64,000 nucleotides of DNA from an uncultured virus (IMG/VR IMGVR_UViG_3300042526_000204). Lineage: Duplodnaviria; Heunggongvirae; Uroviricota; Caudoviricetes. Of the stretch, positions 17,455-27,536 are shown piece by piece (position 1 is the stretch's first letter; each line of letters begins with the position of its first letter). The translations under genes were made by a program, and so were the position numbers. The DNA is taken from the IMG/VR virus record IMGVR_UViG_3300042526_000204, one strand, 5' to 3'. The notes under the pieces are model-generated. The model did not search any database, was not told the origin of the DNA, and saw only the letters and a program-made list of their open reading frames with translations.

Positions 17455-18743
17455 TGAAGTATTTTAGAGAGTTACAGGATCTCTTTCAAAACCAACCACA
17501 TTCTGTATTAACTTACATTGACAAAGTAGAAGCTATAAGAGCTAAAATTACAGAACCCTTAGCTATTACTGAATTTGTAAATAGAGTTAGGGAAAAAGTC
17601 CAGCATGAAGCCATACAAGCTGTTGTAGACAATAATGGTACAGGAATGGTAGCAATGGCTACAGGTTCAGGTAAGTCTAGAGTAGCAGTAGAGTTAGCTA
17701 AGTATTACTTTAAAACTAGTGTAGGGTATGATACAGCTCTATTAGTACCTACTGAAAAACTCAGAGATGAAAATTGGAAAGAAGAATTTGAAAAATGGGA
17801 TGCAAGTGTTCTTTGGACTGAAACTACAAGACTTTGTTATGCTTCTGCTTCTAAAGTTCATAACAGAAATTTTGAGTTAGCTATTCTTGATGAAGGTCAC
17901 AACATTACAGATTTATCTTCAGAGTTTTTCTTAAACAATAATGTAGAGAGAATAGTGTTACTTACTGCAACTCCTCCTACTGATATGGTTAAGAAGCAAA
18001 TCTTATCTGATTTAAACATCAAGCTTGTCTATGAACTTACTTTAGACCAAGCTGTTAGATTAGGATTTGTAGCACCATATAAGATTACTGTTATTACAGT
18101 GCCTTTAGATGCTGTGACCAAGAATATCCCAGGTGGTAACAAAGCCAATCCTTTTATGACTACTGAAGCAGCTACTTATGCTTATCACAACAAAAGAGTT
18201 CAGCAATGCTTTGGTGATCAAACCTCACAAGGTAGGGCTAAGATGAAGTTTGCTATTCTAGGTAGAATGCAATTTATCTACAAGATACCTTCTAAAACTC
18301 AGGTAATCAAGTTCTTATTGAACAAAGTAATACCTGAAGATGATAGAACTATTGTCTTTTGTGGTAATATTAATCAAGCTGAAGAAGTGTGTCCTACATT
18401 TTATCACTCTAAGTCAGGTAATGAATCTTATGATGCTTTTAAAGCAGAGAAAATCAATAGATTATCTTGTGTAAAAGCTGTCAATGAAGGTCATAACTTT
18501 CCTGGAGTTGACTCTGGTATTATAGGTCAACTTAACTCTAAGGAGAAAGACTTGGTGCAAAGAATTGGTAGGCTCATTAGGTTTAGACCTGGGCATGAAG
18601 CTCATTTATACATCATAGTTTCTGAAGGAACTCAAGATGAAAAATGGCTTGAGAATGCTATTGAAAACTTAGATCAATCTAAGATAGAATATGTAAGATT
18701 TACTAACTTTAAAAAAAGAATAGAAGATGCAAGTAGTTTATAA
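17451..18743 (+). CDS. Superfamily 2 DExH helicase
   Basis: ATGSGKS, LDEGH, TAT, QRIGRLIR. Confidence 0.9.
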   Translation: MMKYFRELQDLFQNQPHSVLTYIDKVEAIRAKITEPLAITEFVNRVREKVQHEAIQAVVDNNGTGMVAMATGSGKSRVAVELAKYYFKTSVGYDTALLVPTEKLRDENWKEEFEKWDASVLWTETTRLCYASASKVHNRNFELAILDEGHNITDLSSEFFLNNNVERIVLLTATPPTDMVKKQILSDLNIKLVYELTLDQAVRLGFVAPYKITVITVPLDAVTKNIPGGNKANPFMTTEAATYAYHNKRVQQCFGDQTSQGRAKMKFAILGRMQFIYKIPSKTQVIKFLLNKVIPEDDRTIVFCGNINQAEEVCPTFYHSKSGNESYDAFKAEKINRLSCVKAVNEGHNFPGVDSGIIGQLNSKEKDLVQRIGRLIRFRPGHEAHLYIIVSEGTQDEKWLENAIENLDQSKIEYVRFTNFKKRIEDASSL

Positions 18744-18996
18744 ATACTTAGCCAACATTGGAGATACTACTCTCTTAATGTTACCTCTAGGAGCAAAAAT
18801 TCTTACTGTTCAAAAACAAGAAGAAAATATTTGTTTTTGGGTGTTACAATATGAAGGACAAGCTCCTATTGAAGTTAAAACTATCCTAAAAGTAGGCACA
18901 GGCCATACTTTTGATGATGTTAATTATTATCAATACATTGGTACTGTTCAAGAATTTGATGGAAGTTTAGTATGGCATTATTTTGAAGTAAAATAA
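18727..18996 (+). CDS. Small conserved phage protein
   Basis: LPLGAKILTVQ...VGTGH...YIGTVQ...LVWHYFE, a common phage family pattern. Confidence 0.6.
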   Translation: MQVVYKYLANIGDTTLLMLPLGAKILTVQKQEENICFWVLQYEGQAPIEVKTILKVGTGHTFDDVNYYQYIGTVQEFDGSLVWHYFEVK

Positions 18997-19011
18997 TTAA
19001 AAATCTAAAAG

Positions 19012-19557
19012 ATGAAAATAAACCCTCAAATTACATCAGTTCTAGAGCAATTTAATATTCCTGTAGCTGATGGTGTAGCTTATCTTTTATCTGTTTTCTT
19101 TGATTGTAGACCTTCTTATACACCAACACTCCTAGTACAAAGATTAAATGTAACTAACATCTTGGGTATTGATGATAACCGAGATGTAATGTGGCATATT
19201 CCTTTGTTTACTGAAGAAGAATCACAAGACAAGTGGAAATGGGTATTTGAATGGAATGCAGAATTCAAGAGAATAAATAAACTAAGAAGAGCTCCAGACA
19301 AAGATGTACTTACAAGGATGAAAGCATTTTTTGCTGACAATCCTGATGTAAGAAAAGAAGAGGTAATTGAAGGCACTAACCTGTATTTCAAAAGCTTAAG
19401 CAGTGCTGAATACCTTATCAGTTCACATTACTTTATTAGTAAAGGTGTGGGTAGAGATAGAACTTCAGCATTATTAGGCTGGATTGAGAAATACAGAGAA
19501 GCAATCTCTGACACTTCTTCTAACAATGCAGAAGACATAACTTCAAGAATGCAATAA
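19012..19557 (+). CDS. Conserved protein upstream of the helicase (possible loader/initiator)
   Basis: TAATG-coupled to the DnaB-like gene. The function is inferred from position. Confidence 0.45.
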   Translation: MKINPQITSVLEQFNIPVADGVAYLLSVFFDCRPSYTPTLLVQRLNVTNILGIDDNRDVMWHIPLFTEEESQDKWKWVFEWNAEFKRINKLRRAPDKDVLTRMKAFFADNPDVRKEEVIEGTNLYFKSLSSAEYLISSHYFISKGVGRDRTSALLGWIEKYREAISDTSSNNAEDITSRMQ

Positions 19558-20819
19558 TGAATTTTAGAGCAGCATTTGAAGCAGGTCAAAGAGGTAGTAA
19601 CAAAGGTCTTCCTATGGGGGAAGGCCTAAAGACTATTTCACAGGCTATTAATGGTATTCAAAGAGGAAGAATTTACACTGTTGGAGCTGCCCCAAAGGGA
19701 GGGAAGTCAACAATGGTAGATGTAGGTTTTTGTATAGAACCTGCCCTTTATGTGCTTACCACTAATGCCAAAACTAGAGCTTCTATGGAAGCTATTGTTA
19801 CTAAGTTACAGACAGTTACAGATTCTGATGCAAGAAATACTTTAAATCAAGAGTATGAATTGCTTAATAGTCAACTAATTGATTTGGAATTTATCTACAA
19901 CTCTTATGAGATTGACAGAGTTAGTAAAGAGTTTGATTTTGTAGCACATTTTCTGAACACAGATTTTGCTATTTATCAAATAAATTTACCTTCTGGAAAG
20001 CTCTACAAAGGGAATAATTTCGTATATTTATCCTCTGCTTTTCTCAAGGGAGAATTAGAGTATGATACTGAAATCCCTGATGCACCCAAAGAAATTATTA
20101 CAGTCTCTCAAGAAATTATTGACAAAATTAAGATTGTCTACAAGACTAGGATAATACCTCTCTTTGGTGAGTATAGTGAAAAGGGAGAGAAAGTTTCTAA
20201 AGGTTTGATTAAGTTCTTGGAAATCAAGGACAATCCTACTGGAGTTAGAAATTATCTTTTAGAGTATGCCAAGGAAAATGGTGAGTTTCTCTACAAACAA
20301 ACAGAGAAAAATGGTCAAGTATTTACAAGGATGATTGGGTATAAACCCCATAATCCTAAGAAATATGTCATCATTATTACTGACCATTTAAGAAAGCTAC
20401 TACCTGAAAGAGGTTTCAAGATGAAAGAAACTGTAGATAAATTCTCAGAGTATGCTGTAGAATTTAGGAACACTTGCAATTTCACATTTGTGCATATTAT
20501 CCACCTTAATAGAGCACTGAGTGACATTGGAAGAAGACAATTTGATGATGATAGACTGTTTCCACAGTCTGATGACATCAAAGAAACTGGGAATTTAAGT
20601 GAGGATAGCAATTACATCTTTACTATGTTTAACCCTAATGATGACAAGTTTAACTTGACTAAGCATTTTGGTAAGACAATAAGGAGACCTGACAAGTCAC
20701 TTTTATACCCTTTTATGAGAACCATTCATTTAGTTGAATCTAGACATTGTGTTTGTCCTCAACACTTTAGAGTCAGCATGTATGGTGATGTTAAGAAATT
20801 TGAACCTTTAATTATTTAA
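19557..20819 (+). CDS. DnaB-like (SF4) replicative helicase
   Basis: INGIQRGRIYTVGAAPKGGKS, IITDH, HLNR, DIKETGNLSEDSN. Confidence 0.85.
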   Translation: MNFRAAFEAGQRGSNKGLPMGEGLKTISQAINGIQRGRIYTVGAAPKGGKSTMVDVGFCIEPALYVLTTNAKTRASMEAIVTKLQTVTDSDARNTLNQEYELLNSQLIDLEFIYNSYEIDRVSKEFDFVAHFLNTDFAIYQINLPSGKLYKGNNFVYLSSAFLKGELEYDTEIPDAPKEIITVSQEIIDKIKIVYKTRIIPLFGEYSEKGEKVSKGLIKFLEIKDNPTGVRNYLLEYAKENGEFLYKQTEKNGQVFTRMIGYKPHNPKKYVIIITDHLRKLLPERGFKMKETVDKFSEYAVEFRNTCNFTFVHIIHLNRALSDIGRRQFDDDRLFPQSDDIKETGNLSEDSNYIFTMFNPNDDKFNLTKHFGKTIRRPDKSLLYPFMRTIHLVESRHCVCPQHFRVSMYGDVKKFEPLII

Positions 20820-20827
20820 AAACAAAA

Positions 20828-21538
20828 ATGGCTAAAATTTTAGTGCTTGCCCCTAGTGGGTTTGGTAAGTCCACCAGTATAGGACAAATACCTGAATTAG
20901 GTATCACAGGATTAAAGCCTGAAGAGACTTTTCTTATCTCAGTAACTTCTAAGCCTCTTCCATTTAAAGGAAGTGGTACAGCATATCCAATATGTGCTCC
21001 TGGAGATTTAAAATCAGGTAGAAGAGTAATTACTGATGATGCAAAAGCAATAGCTGAAATCTTTCTAGCATTAGTAGGTAGTCCTCACAAAAATATTGTG
21101 TGGGATGATAGCAACTATGTTATGCAGAATTGGTACATGGCTAATGCATTAGCTAAAGGCTGGGATGCCCCTAAGCAAATTGGTTTTATGATGGGTAGAA
21201 TTTTTGATGCTATAGAGAAACTAGATGCAGCAGGAAAGAACATCATAATCTTAGCTCATGGTGACAGTGTACCTGGTCCTGATGGCAGAATCTATATGAA
21301 GTACAAATCTACAGGTAAAATGGTAGATGAGTATTTGACTGTAGAGGGTAAAGTAGATGTAACTCTTATTGGTATCAGTAGATATGATGCTACTGACAAG
21401 AAAGCTGTTAAAGAGTTCTTGACTAATGAGAATGAAATGTACTCATCAGCAAAATCTCCTATTGGAATGTTTGACAAACAATTCATTCCTAATGACCTAG
21501 GTTTAGTAGTTAATAAGATTGCTGAGTATTATGGGTAG
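20828..21538 (+). CDS. AAA ATPase, Sak4/AAA_24-like
   Basis: APSGFGKST, IVWDD, ILAH, AKSPIGMF. Confidence 0.8.
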   Translation: MAKILVLAPSGFGKSTSIGQIPELGITGLKPEETFLISVTSKPLPFKGSGTAYPICAPGDLKSGRRVITDDAKAIAEIFLALVGSPHKNIVWDDSNYVMQNWYMANALAKGWDAPKQIGFMMGRIFDAIEKLDAAGKNIIILAHGDSVPGPDGRIYMKYKSTGKMVDEYLTVEGKVDVTLIGISRYDATDKKAVKEFLTNENEMYSSAKSPIGMFDKQFIPNDLGLVVNKIAEYYG

Positions 21539-21707
21539 TTTTGTTATTGGTGTTGTTGTTGGTGCCATGTTAGGAATAGTAGCATTAAGTTTATTACAAG
21601 CTAATAAGCCTACTAAAAATCTTTGCCCAAGATGTTCTAATGAAACTGAAGAAGAAAGACAGTTGAAAAAGATTTGGGAAGAACAACAAAAAGGATACAA
21701 TAATTAA
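21531..21707 (+). CDS. Small membrane-anchored protein with CxxC
   Basis: Hydrophobic N-terminus and CPRC. The ATG at 21531 is the likely start. Confidence 0.5.
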   Translation: MGSFVIGVVVGAMLGIVALSLLQANKPTKNLCPRCSNETEEERQLKKIWEEQQKGYNN

Positions 21708-21724
21708 TTTTAATTGATATAGAC

Positions 21725-22093
21725 ATGTCAGAAAATGTAAATGTAGAGCAACAAGCTCCATTGAGAATCACTGTAAGTGAAATCAAAGGTTTATTAAACC
21801 AAGGTAAAAGCAGAAAAGAAATTGCTGAATACTATGGTAAATCTGTAGCAGAAATGCAGAGAAGTGTTTGGAGTAATCCAAAGTTGAAGAATCTTAAAGC
21901 AAAGAAACAATACAATGATATTGTGCTTGAAGATGATGAGCAAGAAGAGCAAGTTGAGCAAGCTGATGTAAATGAAGTGGCTCATGTACCTGGACCAGAA
22001 GCTAACTATGCTTTTGAGAACCAAGAAGAAATGGGAACTGTGGCTACTGAAGAAGTAGAAGTTACTCAACCTGCAACTGCAGATTGGAATTAA
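21725..22093 (+). CDS. HTH protein with a long acidic tail
   Basis: LLNQGKSRKEIAEYYG followed by an E/D-rich C-terminus. Confidence 0.55.
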   Translation: MSENVNVEQQAPLRITVSEIKGLLNQGKSRKEIAEYYGKSVAEMQRSVWSNPKLKNLKAKKQYNDIVLEDDEQEEQVEQADVNEVAHVPGPEANYAFENQEEMGTVATEEVEVTQPATADWN

Positions 22094-22119
22094 TTGTTTA
22101 ATTTTTAAAAAAGACTAAT

Positions 22120-22887
22120 ATGTCAGGATTACAAGGATACGGATTTGTATCAGATTCAGATGAATCATTGAAAACCAAGAGTGGTGCTAAGTTTGGTGGT
22201 AACTTTGGAGTTGCTTTCTTAACTAAATTTGCTTACAGTGCTAATGTTTCTAAAGCAGGACAACCTGCAAGAGAAGCTATTGAGTTAGAAATAACTGTAG
22301 GAGAAAGAGGTTACAAAGAATGGATTAACCCTGTAGACAGAGTTGTTGACAAGAACAATGCTGAAATCACAGATAAAGCATCTGCTGAGTACATTGCTGG
22401 GTTTAATACTCTTATTGTTCAACAAAATGCTACAGTAACTCACTACTTGAAAGCAGTAGGTGTTACAGAAGAAGCTATGAGAGCAGCATTTGCAACAGCT
22501 CCAGTTAGTTTTGCTGACTATGCTCAAAGAATTTGTTCTTTGTTGCCTATTGGGTATGACAAGAAACCACTAGATTTGTTCCTTGAATACCAATGGAATT
22601 TTGGTAAAAAACAAGATGGGTCTTTACAAGATAAGACTTATCCTACTTTACCAAAAAACATGAAGGGTGGTTACTTTGTAGTACCTGCTCAACCTGGAGT
22701 GTTTGTTGAGAAAAGAGAAGAAGATGGCAAATTAACTTATGTTAATTCTAATGGCCAAAAGCATCCTTTTGAAAGAGATGCTAACTTCATGTCTTCTAAC
22801 AAAGGTACTCAACAAGTAATGGGTGGTGCTGCAACAGCAGCTTCTCCAATGGGAGCTATGGCAGCAACCACAGGTGGTACTTGGTAG
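22120..22887 (+). CDS. Putative ssDNA-binding protein
   Basis: Lies between the ATPase and primase and has a flexible tail ending in W. The call is positional. Confidence 0.5.
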   Translation: MSGLQGYGFVSDSDESLKTKSGAKFGGNFGVAFLTKFAYSANVSKAGQPAREAIELEITVGERGYKEWINPVDRVVDKNNAEITDKASAEYIAGFNTLIVQQNATVTHYLKAVGVTEEAMRAAFATAPVSFADYAQRICSLLPIGYDKKPLDLFLEYQWNFGKKQDGSLQDKTYPTLPKNMKGGYFVVPAQPGVFVEKREEDGKLTYVNSNGQKHPFERDANFMSSNKGTQQVMGGAATAASPMGAMAATTGGTW

Positions 22888-22916
22888 TGAACTAATCTAA
22901 AACTAAATCCTTTTCT

Positions 22917-23945
22917 ATGAACTTGTTTCAATATAATTCAGATAAACTTGATAGAAAAGGATTTATAAGTAAAAAAAGCATCTTGTCATTAGTTACTCAG
23001 GAACAAATATTTGAATTAGTGTTCAAGTTTAAACCTGTTGAATATGAGTATGTTGTTTCTCCTTTAAGGAATGATGATGTTCCAGGCTGTTGGTTTAGTT
23101 TACATGATAATGGAATCCTTTATTTTGTAGATTTTGGTACTGGCAGAAGACACAGTGATTGCTTTAATATAGTACAAGACTATTACAAACTTCCTAATTT
23201 CTATCTAACTTTAGAATACATCTATAACTCTTTAATTAGAGGTAAAGAAGAACTAAAGCCAATAGAAGCTAAGAGGGACATTCAAAGAGATGTCAAAAAG
23301 AAAGTCAAACTCCTAATAGAAGCAAGAGCCTTTGATAGCAGAGATGCTCAATTTTGGTCTCAATATGGCATCAGAAAGAAAGATTTAATTGAAGATAGGG
23401 TTTTTCCTGTTCACAGATTATATGCTTTAAACACTAAAACAGGAAATCATGCTATTGAATGCAGAGATATTGCATACAGTTACAATGATTTTCCTGATTC
23501 TAGAAAGAAAATCTATTTTCCTTTAAGAGAAGGTAAGAAAAGGTTCATTACTAATTGTAGTCAGAATGATGTAGGTGGCATCAATTCTTTACTCCCTTAT
23601 GGTAGGGAACTAATAATTACTAAAGGCTATAAGGATTATAGAGTACTGAAGAATCATGGTAAGAATGTGGTTTGGTTTCAAAATGAGGGTATGATACCCA
23701 ATGATTTAATCTTAAATAAGTTGGTTAAACCTTATATTAATGTCATTGTGTGGTTTGATAATGATCAACCTGGTATCACAGCTTCAGAGAAAGTTAAACA
23801 ACATATCAATACTATGTTTCCAAGTAAGGCTAAGAATTTGTGGCTGCCTGAAAGAGGATTGGATTTTGGAATTAAAGATCCTTCTGACTGTAAGGCTAAA
23901 GATCCAATCTATTTTGAACAATTTCTTAAAACATTTACTGAATGA
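22917..23945 (+). CDS. DNA primase (Toprim), crAss-like
   Basis: SPLRNDDVPGC...YFVDFG, IITKGYKD, WFDNDQPG, KDPSD. Confidence 0.85.
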   Translation: MNLFQYNSDKLDRKGFISKKSILSLVTQEQIFELVFKFKPVEYEYVVSPLRNDDVPGCWFSLHDNGILYFVDFGTGRRHSDCFNIVQDYYKLPNFYLTLEYIYNSLIRGKEELKPIEAKRDIQRDVKKKVKLLIEARAFDSRDAQFWSQYGIRKKDLIEDRVFPVHRLYALNTKTGNHAIECRDIAYSYNDFPDSRKKIYFPLREGKKRFITNCSQNDVGGINSLLPYGRELIITKGYKDYRVLKNHGKNVVWFQNEGMIPNDLILNKLVKPYINVIVWFDNDQPGITASEKVKQHINTMFPSKAKNLWLPERGLDFGIKDPSDCKAKDPIYFEQFLKTFTE

Positions 23946-24481
23946 ATTTCAATCATATTCATTATTCTTGGGGACCTCTTCTGAGAGAATTCAATACAGA
24001 TGCTTTTCTTTACTTTAAAAATGAAGTTCTCCCAAGAGAGAAATACTACCCTGAAGCTGATAAAGTTTTCAGGGTTTTTTCTATGCCTGTGTCTGCTATT
24101 AAAATAGTAGTCATTGGTTCATGGAAGCACCCTAATATCAGAGAATTAGAAAAGCAAGGCTTGTTCTGGCTACCTGTTTCTTTAACATCAGGTGTAGATG
24201 TGGACCACACAGAATATTGGGAGCCCTTCATTAAAAAGGTAGTATATTTTATAGCCAAGAGTAATCCTACTATTTGGCTATTACCTACCTTAAAAGCACA
24301 AAGATTTACAGCTAATCTACCTGCAAAATCTATTTATAATGTGCTAAGATATGATGATAGCACTATTCATCAAATTCCTATCAATGTAGATTACAACTAT
24401 GTGTTCAAAGGCATCTATGTCAATACTGAACATGTAAACATCCTCCTAAAAAGATTAGGTAGGGACACAATTAATTGGTAA
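23942..24481 (+). CDS. Degenerate family-1 uracil-DNA glycosylase-like protein
   Basis: YYPEADKVFRVF...IKIVVIG, KQGLFWLPVSLT and HTEYWEPF align with UNG, but GQDPY and HPSP are absent. Confidence 0.7.
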   Translation: MNFNHIHYSWGPLLREFNTDAFLYFKNEVLPREKYYPEADKVFRVFSMPVSAIKIVVIGSWKHPNIRELEKQGLFWLPVSLTSGVDVDHTEYWEPFIKKVVYFIAKSNPTIWLLPTLKAQRFTANLPAKSIYNVLRYDDSTIHQIPINVDYNYVFKGIYVNTEHVNILLKRLGRDTINW

Positions 24482-24496
24482 TCAAATTTAAAAATC

Positions 24497-25180
24497 ATGA
24501 GTGAAGTACAAGCTCCAGTTTCTCAAGAGAGAGAAATTACAATTTATGCCACTAGAGGTGGTCAAATGAAGAAAATCACAACTGCTGTAACTACTTGGGG
24601 AGAATTGCAACCCCTAGTAAGAAGAGAAGGTTTTGATTTATCTTCTTTATTAGCTGCAGAAAACATTACTAAGACAGATTTAGTAAATGATTTAGCAGTA
24701 TTGCCAACAACTGCTTTTAGATTATTTCTAAGACCAAAGCAGACTAAGTCTGGTGCTTATAACAGAAAAGAATGCTTTGAAGTTATCAAGATTCATTTAT
24801 TGAATCACCCTGAAGACAAAGCAAACTTTAGTATTAATGGTAGAAATGTAACTCAGTTACCTACTGGTACAGTACAAGAATTAGTAGCTAAATATTGCCA
24901 AAAAGGTGAAATAGCCTCTAGTAGTGTTACAACTACTGCTTCTACAACAGTTACTGAGAAGATAGTGTATAAGACTGCTGAGAATAATACTGATTCTCAA
25001 AAAGTTCAAGCAGCTATTAATCTAATCTCTTCTTTAGAAGGTTATGATTATTATCGCAAGGCTCATAAGTATTTAGATAGACTTCTTGATGAAGTTTCTA
25101 TGCCAGAAGCTTCAGAAGCTCCAGAAATGGAAACTGAAGAAGAAGCTATAGCTAGAGAAGCTAGAGAATTAGGTTACTAG
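24497..25180 (+). CDS. Ubiquitin-like (beta-grasp) domain ending ...KQTKSG(86), with a C-terminal extension
   Basis: Strand-strand-helix (TWGELQPLV) pattern, final strand FRLFLRP followed by KSG. It is the first gene of the E2-JAB-E1 cluster. Confidence 0.65.
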   Translation: MSEVQAPVSQEREITIYATRGGQMKKITTAVTTWGELQPLVRREGFDLSSLLAAENITKTDLVNDLAVLPTTAFRLFLRPKQTKSGAYNRKECFEVIKIHLLNHPEDKANFSINGRNVTQLPTGTVQELVAKYCQKGEIASSSVTTTASTTVTEKIVYKTAENNTDSQKVQAAINLISSLEGYDYYRKAHKYLDRLLDEVSMPEASEAPEMETEEEAIAREARELGY

Positions 25181-25187
25181 TAATAAC

Positions 25188-25212
25188 AAAGGGTTAGGAA
25201 ACTAACCCTTTT
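25188..25212 (+). terminator. Intrinsic terminator after the Ubl gene
   Basis: AAAGGGTTAG-GAAA-CTAACCCTTTT. Confidence 0.75.
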
Positions 25213-25225
25213 AATTTTATATCCT

Positions 25226-26425
25226 ATGGAAATAAATGATAATACATTGCTTTCTTCTAAGTTTAGAAGAAAAATTCATAATGCAATGTTGATGGGAACT
25301 CATAGAAATAAGAAGTTTCTTCAGTGGCTATTTGATAAGGATTATTTGCATTTTTATAGTGGAGATGTTAGTACAAGATCTAAAGAAGAATTCTTTAAAC
25401 TTCTAGATTTGTTTGAAGCTAAATACAAAGGTAATTGGGACTTAGGTTTTGAACAAGCTGGAAGCATTGCTCTTAAACCTTATTTTAAAGTTATTTATCC
25501 TGAGTTTACTATTACAAATAGTAATGGAGAAAGTCACTTAATAAAAGATTTAGTGGTAATTCATAGAGTAGCTTTTAGTGATAGAAGTTATTCTGTTTAC
25601 ACTCTTCAACCTCAAGGTGGTAGACTTAGTAAGACTAAACTAGAAATAGCTAGTGGCTATCAACAAAGCCATTTACCTGGTCATTCAGATTGGATAAACC
25701 TTCCTTTTCATACAGAAAACTTTTGTGTAGGTGGAGATACTGATGTAAATAGAATGCTAGCTGAGTTTGAAATAGAAATGGATTGGGATAGATATGAGTT
25801 GTATTTGTTTTGTGTAGATTCTATGGTTACTTGGGAATCTTTAGAAGGTGTTCCTTACAGAAAAATGAATACTATAAAGAATGCTTTAAACTCTATGGTT
25901 ACTAGTGTAAGTGAATCTTATTCAAATGATCTTGTAGCTCATATTATAGCTGATAAAATTCCTTTAAATGTTGACTTTTATGTTGCAGATGGAATATTTA
26001 GGATTAAACCTAATGAAAAAGCTAATGAGTTTATTAAGAATATTATTCTACAGAAATACACTTATAGTATTTACAAGTCTTTATTAGTAACTAGAGTTCC
26101 TAATACATTTGATCAGTTTTTACAAATGAAAACTGAAAACTCTCCTACAAAAACTTTTGAAGTAGTGGCTACAAATGCTTATACTATCATTAAAGGAAAG
26201 AAAATGTTTGCCAAAAACATTAAAGAGGATAGCAGGAATCAAAAACCTACTCCTATAAAAGAATATATTGTATATCCTAAATTTTTAAAAAATGTCCTTA
26301 ACAAACTTGAATCAAGAATCTATAGCAAGGCAATTACCAAGAGTGGAATTAAAATCTATAATTCCCTTAGTGATGCCGATAGAAGTATTGCACCAGATCC
26401 AGTATCTATGCAAGTCAATTTCTAA
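25226..26425 (+). CDS. Prokaryotic E2-like (UBC-fold) protein
   Basis: YQQSHLP...NFCVGG, the His...Cys-x-Gly arrangement of prokaryotic E2s, located between the Ubl and JAB genes. Confidence 0.6.
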   Translation: MEINDNTLLSSKFRRKIHNAMLMGTHRNKKFLQWLFDKDYLHFYSGDVSTRSKEEFFKLLDLFEAKYKGNWDLGFEQAGSIALKPYFKVIYPEFTITNSNGESHLIKDLVVIHRVAFSDRSYSVYTLQPQGGRLSKTKLEIASGYQQSHLPGHSDWINLPFHTENFCVGGDTDVNRMLAEFEIEMDWDRYELYLFCVDSMVTWESLEGVPYRKMNTIKNALNSMVTSVSESYSNDLVAHIIADKIPLNVDFYVADGIFRIKPNEKANEFIKNIILQKYTYSIYKSLLVTRVPNTFDQFLQMKTENSPTKTFEVVATNAYTIIKGKKMFAKNIKEDSRNQKPTPIKEYIVYPKFLKNVLNKLESRIYSKAITKSGIKIYNSLSDADRSIAPDPVSMQVNF

Positions 26426-27536
26426 AGTAGAGTGGTCAGGAGCTCTCTTTTATACTACAGAGGGTAGTATTGAAAATCCTGAAACATTTAAAATTACTTT
26501 AAAAACAATCCTTCCTTTAGATATGGGCTCTCAAGCTTATACTGAATACAATCTTGATGAAAGATTTATGGATTTTATTGAAGAAGATTTTGAAGAAAGA
26601 TGTACTTGGAAACTAGGTCATATTCACTCCCACAACACCATGGCAGTATTCTTTTCAGGAACTGATATGGCAGAGTTAAATGACAATGCTCCAGCACATA
26701 ATTTTTATCTTTCTCTTATTGTAAACAATTATATGGACTTTATTGCTAAAGTTGCTTTCATTGGAGAAGCTAAGAAAGATATTAAACAGGTTCCATATAC
26801 AGCTAAGAATGTAGATGGCCATGATTACACTATTGAGAAACAAGACTTTGAAGTTAACACTAAAAAGCTGTTTATCTATGACTGTGACATTGATGCTCCT
26901 ATTAATAAAATAGTTGTTAGTGAGCAGTTTACAGCACAAGTAGCTAAAATTATGGAGCCTAAACCTGTTAAGAAAGTAGAATCTAGATGGCCTGTTACTA
27001 CTCCTACTACAAGAAATGGGTGGCAAAGACATGGTAACAACAATTCCAGGCAATTCAAATCACAAGAAGAAAGGGAAATGGAAAGCTTCAACAAAAGTTT
27101 TCAACAACCTAAAAAGCCTTTTAATAACTGGGAAGATTGGGGTTTACCTGCTACTAACAGTCTTGTAGAAGATTTAGATGTTGAAGAATTAAAATTAGAG
27201 TCTATTTACAATTTTGCTAAAAGTTTGTTTGACTTTACAGGAGGTGCTTTAGATGAAGATGAGATTCTAGAAGATGTTTTAGATGTCCTAGCAGAGTTTC
27301 AATTAACTCCTGCTGAAATTGCTAAATCTGTTATTGAAAGTTATGCTAAAGACTTTAGCAAACATTTTCCTAATGCTAGTGCAGCAGACTTTGTTCAGTA
27401 CACTAATGAAGTAATAGATTTGCTAGAAGATGTCAAAATGTTGTATCCTGAAATAGGGCTAACTATTAAGACTATTAACTCAATGATAACTAAATTTGTA
27501 GAAAGTGAGACAGAGAGATACCACACAGCAAAGTAG
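26292..27536 (+). CDS. JAB/MPN+ metallo-isopeptidase with an extended C-terminus
   Basis: VEWSG...GHIHSHNTMAVFFSGTD, matching the JAMM motif E...HxH-x7-S-x2-D. Confidence 0.9.
   Translation: MSLTNLNQESIARQLPRVELKSIIPLVMPIEVLHQIQYLCKSISKVEWSGALFYTTEGSIENPETFKITLKTILPLDMGSQAYTEYNLDERFMDFIEEDFEERCTWKLGHIHSHNTMAVFFSGTDMAELNDNAPAHNFYLSLIVNNYMDFIAKVAFIGEAKKDIKQVPYTAKNVDGHDYTIEKQDFEVNTKKLFIYDCDIDAPINKIVVSEQFTAQVAKIMEPKPVKKVESRWPVTTPTTRNGWQRHGNNNSRQFKSQEEREMESFNKSFQQPKKPFNNWEDWGLPATNSLVEDLDVEELKLESIYNFAKSLFDFTGGALDEDEILEDVLDVLAEFQLTPAEIAKSVIESYAKDFSKHFPNASAADFVQYTNEVIDLLEDVKMLYPEIGLTIKTINSMITKFVESETERYHTAK

Noticed and set aside
595..20819. Inteins or group I introns in terL, polA or the helicases
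   Set aside because: The proteins are of normal length with contiguous motifs, and no C...HN intein ends or split frames were seen.
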